The position numbers were made by a program, and so were the translations under genes. Positions 14,401 to 28,265 of a DNA stretch of 64,000 nucleotides are shown piece after piece (position 1 is the first letter of the stretch; the number at the start of each line of letters is the position of its first letter). The notes under the pieces were generated by a model that was not told the DNA's origin, did no database searches, and was given only the letters and a program-made list of their open reading frames with translations. The stretch is from Mobula hypostoma (Eukaryota), in contig NC_086118.1 in NCBI RefSeq assembly GCF_963921235.1, forward strand, positions 13,456,001 through 13,520,000. The letters are read 5' to 3'.

Positions 14401-15142
14401 CAGAAGGAGCCAACAGCGGGTCTCCAGGTTTCAGATACAACACACCCGCTAAGAAACAGATTGTTAAAGGCTTCCATGGCATGCACAATATATTCAGCAA
14501 CTTGGAACTCTAATTACATGTTAACTCATCCTCCTAATCAGATGTGGAGGGGCACTCGCTATAGCGATCAATCGAGTAATCATTGTAACTACCTGATTAT
14601 TAAACCAGATTGGCAATTCCTGATGTGTGTGTTTCTCCAACCTCACCACCACTTATTAAATAGCTACTGAGCCGATGAGCAACTCAGAATCCAAAGTGAT
14701 TTAATTGTGTTCTGTTTATTGCTTTCACCTTAATGTTGGGATTCTGGGTGCAGAACATTTGCTGAGCCATAAGCAAAGCTTTACTGGGTCTATTGCAGTT
14801 AAATTAAGAACAATTAGCATCCAATTATTGATGTCATTATCATTCTTTTGCTAGGCTGTGTAGATTAACAATGTTATGATTGAAGTAAATGTCTTTCTAA
14901 AGTAATCCTGACAAATGAATTTCATTGATCACTGCAAATTAAAGCAGTAAGATTGGACCAGGTGGATTGTAGAATGTGGTCATTACATGCAACTGATAGC
15001 TGCAAACAGTAATTAATTTCACATTTGAATTCATTTTATGAACAGGATTAGGGCAATAAACACTCCTGTCAACTTTACCATTCAGTGAGATCATTGCTGA
15101 TTCCATTCTGAATGCTATTTTTCTGCTTTAGTCTTACATATA

Positions 15143-15742
15143 AGCAGGGAGGTACTACTGCAGTTGTACAAGGCCTTGGTGAGACCACACCTGGAGTATT
15201 GTGTGCAGTTTTGGTCCCCTAATCTGAGGAAAGACATCTTTGCCATAGAGGGAGTACAAAGAAGGTTCACCAGATTGATTCCTGCGATGGCAGGTCTTTC
15301 ATATGAAGAAAGACTGGATGAACTGGGCTTGTACTCGTTGGAATTTAGAAGATTGAGGGGGGATCTGATTGAAACGTATAAGATCCTAAAGGGATTGGAC
15401 AGGCTAGATGCGGGAAGATTGTTCCCGATGTTGGGGAGGTCCAGAACGAGGGGTCACAGTTTGAGGATAGAGGGGAAGCCTTTTAGGACCGAGATTAGGA
15501 AAAACTTCTTCACACAGAGAGTGGTGAATCTGTGGAATTCTCTGCCACAGCAAACTGTTGAGGCCAGTTCATTAGCTATGTTTAAAAGGAAGTTAGATAT
15601 GGCCCTTGTGGCTACAGGGGTCAGGGGGTATGGAGGGAAGGCTGGGTTCTGAGTTGGATGATCAGCCATGATCATAATAAATGGCGGTGCAGGCTCGAAG
15701 GGCCGAATGGCCTACTCCTGCACCTATTTTCTATGTTTCTAT
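15143..15742 (+). mobile_element. Young CR1 3' fragment, same subfamily as 38165-40299
   Basis: ORF 15164-15652 differs from the C-terminus of the 711-aa ORF at two internal residues; same 3' UTR and tail. Confidence 0.95.
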
Positions 15743-16461
15743 AACATTATACCATCGTAATTGCATGATAAGTGTTGCTCAAACAAGCTAATCCAAAAAG
15801 AGAGTAAATAAGGAAAGTTCAATATTATTTGAAATGCTGATCTAAGCTCCCTCCTCCTACATCAGTACCTGGCCTACTGAATTGCTACGTGCCACAAAAA
15901 TTGAATGGTGTTATATTGAAGTTTCTTCATTCAGCCTTGGACTTCAGTCTCCACAAGTCCATAGAACACTAAAATCACACATCCTTAAACTGCCTTCTCT
16001 CTCTAAATTCTCATGTTATTTCTCTCACATCTACTTTTGGCTAGGCAGAATTTTGCTCGAAATAGTTGTTGGGAAGACCAATCCACTTGGCTGGATAAAC
16101 TCACTTTGGCCAACAATCAACATCATAAGACCATTAAAAAATGGGAACAGTATAAGGCCTTTTGGTTTTCTTCCTGCTAAGGCACAACGTTATTCTAAGG
16201 CTAGTCCCCAAACCCCTTGCTTTCCCCTAGTAATCCAAAATCTATCAGACTCTGTGTAGACAGACCCAGCAGCAATGTCCTGTCATCCCTCTTGGGTTCA
16301 GAGACTCAGTAACTTTTACAATGTAGAAATGTCTTCTCACGTCTATATATAATGGCAGACTCATTATTTTGAGTGTGATCACTGGTCACCACTCAGTAGG
16401 AACATCAACCCTACATCTACCTTGTCAAGACTCACATGAACGTTGTGGATTTTAATGAGCC

Positions 16462-17270
16462 TAGGAGGGATAATGGTGCCAAACAGCAATTCCTTTGCTT
16501 GTATTTTCAGAAACAGCTCTATTTCCACCTTTAATATCTTTATTTTTCCCTTTTAGGGTTCTTTTGAAGACCCTGACCTGGAGTTACATGTAGGCTTCGG
16601 TTCTTTGTGGTAATGGGACCCGTTCTCGGGGTTCCACGACTGGCCGTTATTCAACACGCTAAGGGTTTGGCCTGAGAATCTTAATCGTTTTCAGAACCCT
16701 AAAATCTTGGGGCTCTGGAGACAGGCGGAGCAGGGTCAATGTCACAGCAGGACGCTTGTGTGTCATTGGGGAGGCAGGAAAATCTTTTGCTGTGGGCCCA
16801 AAGACCCGAGGTCTTTGCGATCTTCGGGCACAGAGCTCGTAAAAAGCAATGAGATGGTCTCTTAACATCATAAACCAGCGGGTTGTTGTTATGTCTCCTG
16901 CTCGCTGTGAAAATGGCGGATACCTGCCTTTCCCTTACTAGGGAGAGAAAGAACCTGTGGTTTGTCGCATGTCGGATGAAATGCGAAGCCTTTGGGGTAA
17001 CTGCAAGGTCTGTGTCTTTGCTATTGCTTAGCTCACGCTTGTGCTCGGTAGCGGGTGTGCTTTTTGTTTTGCCGGTGGGGTGGAGGGGGAATTGTTGCTC
17101 GCCGCTGCCTACGTGCAGGAGAAGGGAGCTGGGGGGACTTTGGGGTTCTCATGTTTAACTGTCATTCATTCTTTAGGGCACTTCTCTGTTTTCATGGATG
17201 TTTGCGAAGAAAAAGCATTTCAGGATGTATATTATATACATTTCTCTGACGTTGAATTTGACCTTTGAAA
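16462..17270 (+). mobile_element. Non-coding LINE-tailed retroposon (second family)
   Basis: ATAATGGTGCC head; 3' end similar to 22070-22258, 31060-31315 and 53930-54100 (minus). Confidence 0.6.
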
Positions 17271-18991
17271 CTCTGAGATCAATATTCCTTCTCTTAAATT
17301 TTAAAGAACATGGTGGCGGCCTTCTTTATTTTTCCTCTTGGTTCAATCATCTACCAGGAAGAAATCCAATCAATTTCTGATGCATTGTTCTTATTGCTCT
17401 TTTGAGAGGAAGTACAGCTCTGCATACAAAGATGCTCTGTCATTGCAAAATGTTTTTGCACACTTATACACAAACCACATTCCAATAAGAAGTTTTAAGG
17501 AGATTTGGGCAAGCAAGAACTTTATTCCTTGTAACATAGAAGACTTTTAGAAAGTTAGCCAAAAAGGACTAGCTTCAAAGAGCATTTGTTCAGCAGGAAG
17601 CTGTGAGGCAGAAGGGCTTGTTTCCATATCGTATGACTATAGGACTATTATAGAGACATACAAAATTATGTGGGACACTGAAAATGGACATAGCCTTTTC
17701 CCAGAGAAGGAAATTTAAATACTAGAGATAATGGAGTTTTAGTCATAGAGAAGTACAGCACAGAAACAGGCCCGTCAGCCCAGCTAGCCCATGCCAAAAC
17801 CATTTAAGTTGCCTACTCCCAATGACTTGTACCGCGACCATAGCCCTCCATTCCCCTACCATCCTACCCAAACATCTCTTAAACATTGAAATTGAGCTCA
17901 CTCGCACCACTTGTGCTGGCAGCTAATTCCACACTCTCTCGACCCCTCTGAGTAAAGAGTTCCCCCTCATGTTCCCCTTAAACTTCTCACCTTTCACCCT
18001 TAATCCATGACCTCTGGTTGTAGTCACACCCAGCCTCAGTGGAAAAAGCCTACTTGCACTTGCCCTATCTGTACCCCTCATAATTTTGTATACCTCTATC
18101 AAATCTCCTCTCAATCTTTCACATTTTAAAGAATACAATCCTAATCCATTCAATCTTTCCTTATAATTCAGGTCCTCCAGACCTAGCAACATCTTTCTAA
18201 ATTTTCCTTGTTCTCTTTCAACCTTGTTTACATCTTTCGTGTAGGTAGGAGGCTAAAACTGCTCACAGTACTCCAAATTAGGCCTCACCAACATATTACA
18301 CAACTTCAGCATAATATCCCATCTCCTGTACACAATACATTGATTTATATAGGCAATGTGCCAAAAGATTTCTTTACAATTACTGACCAGTAGTCCCATA
18401 TCTCTTTGTTCTACCACACTCCTCAGTTCACTACCATTCACTGTGCAAGATCTACCATGGTTGGTCCAGCAAAGTGCAAAACCTCACACTTTTCTGCATT
18501 AATTTCCATCTGCCATTTTCAGCCCACTTTTCCAGCCGATGCAGATCCCTCTGCAAGCCATGATAGCCTTCCTCACTGTCCCCCCGATCTTGGTGTTATC
18601 TGCAAATCTGCTAATCCAGTTAACCACATTATCATCCAAATCATTGATATAGATGACAAACAACAAAGGACCCAGCATCGATCCTTGCATCACACCACTT
18701 CAGGTGTGATAGGCCTTCAGTCAGAGAGGCAATCTTCTACTAGCACTCTCTGGCTTCTCACACAAAGCCAATGTCTAATCCAATTTACAACCTCATCATG
18801 AATGCTGAGTGACTGAACCCTCTTGACCAGACTCCCATGTGGGATCTTGACAAGTGCCTTACTAAAGTCCATGTAGACAACATTCACTTTCCTGGTAACT
18901 TCCTTAAAAACCTCTATAAGATTGGTCAGACATCACCTACCACGCACAAAGTCATGCTGACTATCCTTAATCAGTCCATGTCCATCCAAAT

Positions 18992-19687
18992 CATGGTTCG
19001 TCCATCATCGTCGATGAAGACCTCGACACCATTAGCCACTTTGAGACTGGATGTGGTGTGTCCGAAGATGACTGGTCAGGCCAATTCTGGCACGGAATGT
19101 CCTGGCACATGTTGGGTAGACATGTGTAGGCATTGCAGTTGTTGCGCTGGTGGCTCTGGACTTGCGCAGCTCGCGCTTATATTGTGTTTCAGCAATGCGC
19201 CTTGCTTCGTAAGCCTGACAGCCCTTGTGGAAAAGGCTGCGCCAGGCAGGGCGGTTTTGTGCCAGCGTTTCCCAGGAGGTCGTGTCTATGTCAAATGACT
19301 TTAGGGAGGCCTTTAGTGTGTCTTTGTAACATTTCTTCTGCCCTCCCTGTGAACGTCTTCCAGCAGAGAGTTCCCCGAAAAGGAGCTGCTTGGGGGTATG
19401 CGCTCGTCCAGTATGCGGATGACATGACCTGCCCACCGGGTCTGTGCTCTCATCAGCAGTGTGTGGACTGATGGCAGACTTGCTCTAGAGAGAACTTCAG
19501 TGTCTGGTACTTTATCTTGCCATCGGATGCCTAATATTCTGCGAAGACAAGTCATGTGGAAATGGTTGAGCTGTCTTGCATGCCTTCGATACACAGTCCA
19601 CGTTTCACAGGCATACAGGAGGGTAGTGAGTACCACGGCTCTGTAGACCTTCAGTTTCATTGCTGGACTGATTCCTCGACGTTCCCA
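18992..19687 (-). mobile_element. RTE-clade LINE 3' fragment with terminal C2H2-like finger, nested in CR1
   Basis: KLKVYRAVVLTTLLYACETW..CLRRILGIRWQD..WAGHV..PKQLLFGEL..CARTFRARIGLTSHLRTH. Confidence 0.92.
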
Positions 19688-20559
19688 TACTTATATATCC
19701 GGTCCCTTAGAATACCTTCCAGGAACTTTTACACAACTGATTGCCGACTCACCAGCCTATAATTTCCTGGCTTCTGTTTAGAGCCTTTCTTAAACATTGG
19801 TTATCCTCCAATCCTCTGGTACCTTTCCTTTCGCTAAGGATGTTTTAAATATCTCTGCTAGGGACGCTGCACTTGTCTGCTTTAGGGTCCAAGGGAACAC
19901 CTTGTCAGGCCCTGGGGATTTATCCACCCTGATTTGCCTCAAGGTAGCAAACACCTCCTCCTCTGTAATTTGAAGTAGATGCTGCTTTGACTGACTTCTG
20001 TAGACTCTGTGTCCATTTCCTGAACAAATACAGATGCAGAGAATTCATTTAAGATCTCCCCCATCTATTTTGGCTCCCCACATGGATTACCATTCTAGTC
20101 TTCCAGAGGACTAATTTTGTCCTTTGCAATCCTTTTTCTGTTAATGTATCTGTAGAATCCCTGAGGATTCTCCTTCACTTTCACTGCTAGAGCAACCTTA
20201 TGCCCTACTTTAGCCTTGTTGATTTCTTTCTTGTGTTCTCTTGTATTTCTTGTACGTATTCCATAAGCATATCATTTGTTCCTGCATGCCGATACCTGCT
20301 GTGTACCTAATTGTTTCTCTTAACCAGGGCCTCAGTATTTCCTGACAACTAAAGTTCCCTACAGTTTTTATCTTTACTTTTTATTCTATCAGCTACAAGT
20401 TTTGTACTCTCAAAATTTCATTTGTGAAGGCCTCCCACTTACCGAGTACACCTGTCCCAATCCGCATTTGCCAGATTATTTCTGATACCATCAAAATTGG
20501 CCTTTCAGCCTTTCTCCAATTTAGAATTTCAACCTGTGGACCAGACCTACCTTTTTCCA

Positions 20560-20811
20560 TATGGTGGTATAGTGGCATCAGCATCAGACTTCAGGATGAA
20601 AGGTCCCGGCTTCGAATCCAGCCAGCCGGCTCCCCTGCACGCTTTCCGTCTGTGCAGGGTTACAAGCTGGTGATCTCTTTGGAAACTCACCCGGCAGAAG
20701 GGAATGGCAAACCTCCGCTGTAACTTACCTCGTACGCAATTCACCACAACGTCAGAGAGGCGTGGAGGGAAATCGTCCGCTAACCGGAGAAACTCCAGAT
20801 GCGACGTACCT
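20560..20811 (+). mobile_element. tRNA-derived SINE nested in CR1
   Basis: A box TGGTATAGTGG, B box GGCTTCGAATCC, then a non-tRNA body. Confidence 0.75.
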
Positions 20812-23399
20812 GCTTTGAAATAAATGGCATTGTGGTCACTGCGTGCAAAGTGTATCCCTGCACAAACTTCTGTCGTCTGCCCTGTCTCATTCCCTAATAG
20901 CAGGTCCAATATTGTACGCCCTCTTGTTGGGACTTCTACGAAGTGATAAAGGAATCTTTCCTGAACACATTTGACAAACTCTGTCCTGTCTAGTCCTTTT
21001 ACAGTACAGGATACCCCTACTGTACGTGGAAAGTTAAAATCACCTACTGCAGCAACCTTTTATTACTTACAACAGTCTGTGATCTCTTTACAAAGTTGTT
21101 CCTCTAGATTCCGTTGGACTGTTGGGTGGTCTGTAATTTAGCCCCATTAGCGTGGTCATACCTTTCATATTTCTCAGTTCCACCCACGATTCCTCGCTAG
21201 ATGTGTTCTCCAGTCTGTCCTGACTGAGCACTGCCATGACATTTTCCGTGACCAGAAATGCCACCCTTCTCCTTTAATCCCTCACACTGTCACATTTAAA
21301 ATAACAGAACCCCGGAATACTGAGCTGCCAGTCCTGCCCCTCCTGCAACCAGTCTCACTGTTGCTTACAACGGCATAATTTTGGGTGTTGTTCCATGTCC
21401 TGAACTCATCCACCTTTCCTTCGATACTTATTGCGTTGAAAAATACTGTACGCAGCTCAGGACCCAAGTTACACTATGCTCAACCTTTTGATTCCTGACT
21501 TTTCTGAGGTCTTACCAACATCTGTGTTCACAACCTCTCCATTAACTGTTCTGACACTCCGATTCCCATAACCCTGCAACTCCAGTTTAAACCCCAATGT
21601 GCAGCATTAACAAACTTCCTGCTAGAATATTAGTCACCCTCCAGTTCAGGTGTAAATGGTCCCTTTTGTATAGGTCCCACCTTTCCCGGAAGAGAGCCCA
21701 AAGATCCAGAAATCTTATGCCCTCCCTCCTACACCAAATCCTTAGCCACATGTTAAACTGCATAATCTTCTGGCCTCACTAGCACGTGGCATAAGTGGCA
21801 ATCTGGAGATGAAAATCATGGCGGTCCTGCCCTTTAACTTAGCACCTAACTCTCTGAACTATGCAGAGCCTCATCACTTGTTCTACCCATGTCATTGGTA
21901 CTTACATGGATCATGACCTCTGGCTATTCACCCTCCCACTGGATCTGAGATGTTCTGGACCCTGGCACCTGTGAGGCAACATACCATCCAGAAATTTCTT
22001 TCTCACCACAGTACCACCTTTCCTGTTAAGGTGAGAGGAGAAAGATTTAAAAAGGGATCAATTTGTTTTTTGCATGGTGGAGTTGAATTTCCTATTGCCA
22101 TTTATGCAATTTATTTTTTTGCATGTGGCAAGGCTGATGTTTTCCTTTGAATGGTTTTACATGGTTTTCTTTGTTTCGTGGTTATCTGCAGAGAAGATGA
22201 ATCTCAAGGTTGTATACTACATACATACTTCAATAATAAAGTAACTTTGATCTTTGAATTTACCACTTCACACAGAAGGTATGCATATAGGGAATGAACT
22301 GGCAGAGGAAGTAATTGAGCCAGATTCAATAACAACAATTAAAAGTCATTTGGACAGGTGCACAGATAGGCAACATTTAGAGGGTTGAGGGACTTAGATA
22401 GGAATCTTGGGTGATATAGACATGTGGGCTTTTTTCCATGTCGTATTACTATATGACTCCATAACTGTAAAAAGCCTACTTACCACATGCCATTCTTGTT
22501 GCTTGCTATCTCTGTCTAGCTTCTCCTCATGTTCAGCTTGTTCCAACTTATTCCAACTCTTTTGCAGAAGTCTGAAGCAAATTACTGGAGTCCTATCCTC
22601 CCACTGCCCAATTTGGTCACCAGAGAGTTTGTCAATGGTGCAGAACCATGATCAGTCTACTTTGTAATCTTCAGTAAAGCATTTGGCAACATCTGTCATA
22701 GGAACTGGGTCTCAAGGGTCAAGTTGCATGGGATCCATGGTGAATTAGTAAATAGGATGCAAAACTTGCTTGAATATAGAAGAAGGGTAGTTATTCCTGA
22801 GTGATATTTATCTGGTTGGATGTCTGTAACCAGTTCAATATTAGCAGTGGTACCTACTGGTACTGAGCATGAACACAATGCTGGACAGTAAGACATGCCA
22901 ATTCCTCATACAGCAAACCTCTTGCTTTCCCCTTGTAATCCAAAATCTATCAAACTCTGTATAAACAGACTCAGAGCTATGTCCTGTCTTGCCTCTTGGG
23001 TACAGAGGCTGATTTCAGTCCTGTCTTTGATTTCAGATCCCATTACAATCATACAGTCTCTCTTAGTAATCTCCTCAAGTGCTACCCAAAATGTTAGACT
23101 CCTCTATTTCTGGCCACTGACGATCCCTGATTCTAATCCTGAATACCACAGCTTGCACTCACCCCTTGTTTCTCCTACGGTTATACTTACCTTTGGCAGC
23201 CTTGTCAGGTGGGCTGCGCTGCTGTGGTGGTCCCATGAGAACGAGCAGCACCTGACTCCTACTTTACCTCTGGTTTCCACTTTCCACAGGCATGGAAGCC
23301 AGTAAGGAGATGGGGTATGGAAAAGATGCCTCCAGGGTGTCCTCTCCCAAACTATCTGCTGAAGTTAAACATACACAGTGGTTCAGTTGGCCATCACAC

Positions 23400-24600
23400 A
23401 ACATAGAATATAGAACAAGACAGCACAGAACCAGGCCTTACAGCCCAGGTTTTTGTGTTGAACTAATAAAATTAGTAATTAAATGTCTAACTAAATTAAT
23501 ACCATGACCATACCCCTCCATTCTCCACATATTCATGAGCCTACCTAGGAGCCTCTTAAATATCTCTGTCATATTTGTCTTTACTATCACTCCTGGCAGT
23601 GCATTCCAGGCACTCACCATTTTCTTATTAAAACTTGCCTGGAAAATTGCCTTTGAACTTATCCTCTCTTGCTTTAAGTGCAAGCCCTTTAGTATTAGAC
23701 ACTTCAATCCTTCAAGAAAGATACTGGCTGACTTCTCTACATATACTTCCCATAAGCTTATAACTTTCTATTAGGTCTCCCCTCAGCTTCTTCCATTCTA
23801 GAGAAAACAGTCTAAGTTTGCCCGATCTCACCTTATAGCATATGTCCTCAGGCAACAACCTGCACCCTCGCCAAACCCACATCCTTCCAATTGTGGGGCA
23901 ACTACAACTGAATATAATACTCCAGACTTGTTCTAGAGTTTTATAAATCTGCAACCTAACTTCCTAACTCTTGAAGTTAGTGCCTTCACTAATAATGCAA
24001 CAATACCAGGTGCTTTCTTTTCCTTTTCTATTAACCTGTGCAGCACTTTCAGGTAGCTATGGAATTGGATCTCAAGATCTGTACATCAACACTGCTAAGG
24101 GTCATCCCTTTATATTTGATCTCCCCAAGTACAGCACCTCACATTTGTCTAGATTAATCTCCACCTGTATTTCTCTACACATCTCTGCAACTGAGTTGTA
24201 TTCTACTGTATGCTTTGGCAATCTTCTGCACTATCCACAGCACCATCAATCTCTGTATCATTTTTGAATGTATTCACCCACCCATCAACATTTTGATCCA
24301 GGTATATTGGACAGCAGAGGTCCCAGTATGGACTTGTGCGAAACACCACTAATCACAGACCTTGAGCCAGAATAAGTTTGTTTGACCACCACATTCTGTC
24401 TTCTACGGGCAAGACAATTGTAAATCTAAATGGCCAAGTCAATGTGGATTTCAAGTATCATAATCTTCGAGATGAGCCTACCATGAGAGACTTTGTCAAG
24501 TACCTTAATAAGATCCATGCAAAGAGCTCTACCCACATCAAGAACCCTCATCACTTTCTGAAAAAACTCAATTAAGTTAGTAAGACATGACTTGCTTTGC
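23400..24600 (-). mobile_element. Degenerate CR1 RT and 3' end
   Basis: KSCLTNLIEFF..DKVSHGRL; FSLEWKKLRGDLIE. Confidence 0.85.
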
Positions 24601-24802
24601 ACTGCAGAGCTTTGCTTGTGGGATTTCTCAAATCTTTCTATCACACATTGCTTTTGCTGTTGAACACACATATTGTGGTTTCAGTAAATAGGTACCTTAT
24701 TTTTAGATATGTATGACACTGCTCATTGAATCAGAGTAGACTCTGACTTGACAGTGAAGGCAAAACGGCATATGCCAGGCTATAAGATTGAGTGATTTGG
24801 AT

Positions 24803-25784
24803 CAGCGGTCCCCAACCACCGGGCCGCAAAGCATGTGCTACCGGGCCGCAAGGAAACGATATGATTTGGCGATATGAGTCAGCTGCACCTTTCCTCATTC
24901 CCTGTCACGCCCACTGTTGGACTTGAACGCACGCGAGGTCATTACACATGTGAAGTCATTACATGCGCGTCATCCATGTCAGCGCGGGAAGATCAACTCC
25001 TCGGGTTTGCAAGTGACGGCGGGCTGAAAAGTATGTTTGACATAACATCTCTGCCGGCATTCCGGATCAAAGTCAAGGCTGAATATCCTGAGATAGCCAC
25101 GGAAGCACTGAAAACGCTGCTTCCATTTCCAACATCATATCTCTGCGAAGCAGAGTTTACTGCAATGAATGCAATGAAAACTAAATTGCGGAATAGACTG
25201 GACATAAGGCACCCCCTTGAGTATCGCTGTCTCCCATCACCCCTCGATGGAACCGTCTCGTTGCAGGGAAACAAGACTCCCACTGATTCAGCGATATTGG
25301 CGTGTTGCAATGATTTTATATGTTCATATGGGGAAAATATGTGCTGTGTGTTTAAAATCCAAATGTTACTTAAAATGTTATGATGCCATTCTTATAAGTG
25401 ACTTATAATTGACTCATCAATATATTCATGCGCTGTGTTACATAAAACCTAAAATAACACTAACATATGGTAAAAGCAGGAATGATACGATAAATACACA
25501 GCCTATATAAAGTAGAAATAATGTATGTATAGTGTAGTTTCACTGAACAGAATCGCCAAAAATGATTTGTAGGAAAAAAATCGGCACATACACACATGCG
25601 CACACAGGTGCCCGCGCAAGGCTTCATGGTCATGGTAGTCTTTCTCGGGGTAAACACAACATATTTGACTGCTACTCTTGTCCGTTGGCAACCCTACCCC
25701 TCCCCCCCACCTGGATTGGCCGGTCCGCAAGAATATTGTCAATAATAATACGGTCCGCGGTGCAAAAAAGGTTGGGGACCCCTG
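24803..25784 (+). mobile_element. Non-autonomous hAT (Charlie/Buster-like) DNA transposon, copy 1
   Basis: 15-bp terminal inverted repeats CAG(C/G)GGTCCCCAACC; 8-bp TSD ATTTGGAT (24795-24802 and 25785-25792); hAT dimerisation-domain remnant EYPEIA..ALKTLLPFPTSYLCE. Confidence 0.95.
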
Positions 25785-26560
25785 ATTTGGATTTCTGCTG
25801 CCACTAATAGTTCACCAGGCCTGGAGAATATCCTGCTTTGAGCTGTCAGTTCTCTTTGGGCTCTGTCCTTTTGAGCACGATTGCAGTCTCACTCAACATG
25901 AAGGAGGGTATCCTCATTGTCAAAATGGGACATTATCTCCACAAGGACTGTTTAGCATTGCTTCCACCATTGCTGTCATGGATAGATGCAACAACCGTAA
26001 ATAGATTGGTGAGGTCGGAGTCAGGTTGATTTCTCTCTCACTTCTTGCTGTGGACACCTACGTCTCTGAGGACAGCATCAATGATGGCTGAATCCTGGAG
26101 AGCGGGGCCAGGAGGCTTGTCCTCAATTTGGAGGCCTGTGGGTGGGTGGGAGGGAGGAAAGGGGTTTGCTTTGCTGTTGTTGTGTTCTGTGTTGCTCTGC
26201 TGAGCATTGTGGACATGCTATGTTGGCACCACAATACGTGGCAACACGCGGGCTGTCTCCCAGAAAATCCTTTGGTGTGTTCTTCACTCAGAGGGTTGTG
26301 AGAGTGTGGAATGAGCTGCCAGTGCAGGTGGTGCATGCAAGCTCAATTTCAATGTTTAAGAGAATTTGGATAGGTACATGGAAGGTAGAAGGTATGGAGG
26401 ACTATGGTCCCAATACAAAACTGTCTTGTACATACTTCCCGACCTCCCTGTCCATACCTTCCTGGTCCCCTGTACCAGTCCTGCCGTCTTTGGTCTCTGC
26501 CTATACTTAGGGAGTAGAAGTATAGCTATACAGCCAGATAATCAGACATTGTACTACATC

Positions 26561-26598
26561 ATAATAACAATAATAATAATAATAATAATAAAAATAAC
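26561..26598 (+). repeat. (AAT)n microsatellite
   Basis: Direct reading. Confidence 0.95.
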
Positions 26599-26739
26599 AA
26601 AAATGGTTGGTCTTTGAGGCAGTGTGTTTAACTGTATGTTTCAATGTTTTGATATACATGTGACAAATAAAGCTGATCTTATTAGTTTCTTTAAGTCTGG
26701 GTCAGAACACATCTGGTACAATATCTTTGCAAACAATAG

Positions 26740-27005
26740 AATGGCATTGGTGTTAGAGTCACTGCATCATAACATCAATGATCCAATTTCATTCCTGACC
26801 ATGGTTGCTGTCTGCGTGGAGTTTGCATGTTCTCTCTGTGAGTTTGTGGTTTTCTCAGAGGTGCTCCAGATTCCTCACACATCTTGAAGAAGTGTGGGTC
26901 GCTAGTTTAATTGGCCACTGTAAATCACCACTGTGTGGAGGTGAGTGGCAAAATCTGGAGGCAAGTGAAAAGCTTAGTTTAAATGGGTGATTGATGGTCG
27001 GTGAG
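26740..27005 (+). mobile_element. V-SINE
   Basis: V-domain GTGGAGTTTGCATGTTCTC..GGTGCTCCAGATTCCTCACACATC. Confidence 0.75.
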
Positions 27006-27759
27006 TGTCTTTGGACCGAAACATTAAATCCATTTCTCTTTCCACAGATGCTGAAGATCTGAGTGTTTCTAAAAAATTTTGTTTTTATTTCAGAAAACCC
27101 AGACGCAGTGGGTTGGAGGGCCTATCTTTGTGCAGTATGATTCTGTAGGTCTAGACGGCAGCTTCACGCAACTCAGAGGAGAAAGTCTACCACTTATGTA
27201 AGGCAACATGAGACAGAGTAAGCAATTTCCCCTGAAGATATAGGATACATTCCCCAGTGAAATATAGGTCTTCAGACCATGGAATTCAATGATTCGAAGC
27301 AGTTATCTTGGTGCTACAGCTGGCTTTGCAAGGTTCATGTGTCAAGGACAGCTGGCAGGAGGAATATAGAAATGGCTTTAGGGAGGATTGACAAGGAAAT
27401 AGAAAATAGTTATAAACCCTTCATGGTATGCTCCAGAATATAAAGGGTTAAGGATGAATCTCCAGGATACAGTTCTAATTGCCTGGAAAAAATATTGGGA
27501 CAATTTGAACAGCCTTCAGTTTATTTTGTAGAGTCAGAGTACTACAGCACAGAAAAAGACTTTTCTAGTCCATGACAACTTGATCTTCTGTCTCATCACA
27601 TCTTCCTACACCCAGATAATATCCCTCCAATCCCACCTGTCCATGTACCTTTTCAAATTTCTTTTAAATGCTACACCTTTCACTGGCTGCTCATTCTACA
27701 CCTGCCACACCCTCTGAGTGAAGACGTTTCCTATCAGATTCACCTTAAATACAAAGCAT

Positions 27760-28265
27760 TGCAGTTAATTAGATCATTGGTTAATTGGGCAGCCACTTAT
27801 TTGGGATAGCTCTTAAAGATCAAAACTAATCAAGAACATAGTTGGGATTCCCATTATTTATTTGGAGCACAATGCTGCTTAATTGGGACAGAACACTTTT
27901 GCCGAACGGTTTCTAACTCAGTATCAGTCGTGTGCACATGTGTGGCCATTGGATACTACACTGTGCTTACAGTGAATGGATTATAAATAGCGTTAGTTGC
28001 ATGTGTTTGTATTTGAAAAGCATTGGCTTTTGTCACTGATAGTTGAAAAGAAATAAGCAGACAGACAATTCAGATCTGTATTGCTCACTATGATTTCAAG
28101 TATTCAGGCTTGGAGATGCCAGAAACAATTTCACTACTTCAACAGGTTAGGAACTACAAAGAATTTGAAGTTGTCAACAATTATGAAAATGAAGATTTGG
28201 AGGATGCGATCATTGAAAGCTTTGTACAAAGGCAGTCCAATATCTGCGCTGATTTTGTTTGTTTA
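27760..28265. mobile_element. Possible Tigger/pogo-type DNA transposon remnant
   Basis: Repeated TTAATTGGG(A/C) subterminal-like motifs; no intact terminal repeat pair found. Confidence 0.35.

Larger units (their letters stand above)
17740..22000 (-). mobile_element. Long degenerate CR1 (ORF1 esterase, APE and RT) with nested insertions
   Basis: SGNH-esterase-like ORF1 remnant (21600-21980), APE start FFNAISI..NSET, QGSMLGPLLF..FADNTK, and 3' end. Confidence 0.85.

Noticed and set aside
24874..25383. Domesticated ZBED5/FAM200-like host gene
   Set aside because: Only a frameshifted C-terminal fragment, enclosed by terminal inverted repeats and a TSD, with a second copy in the window
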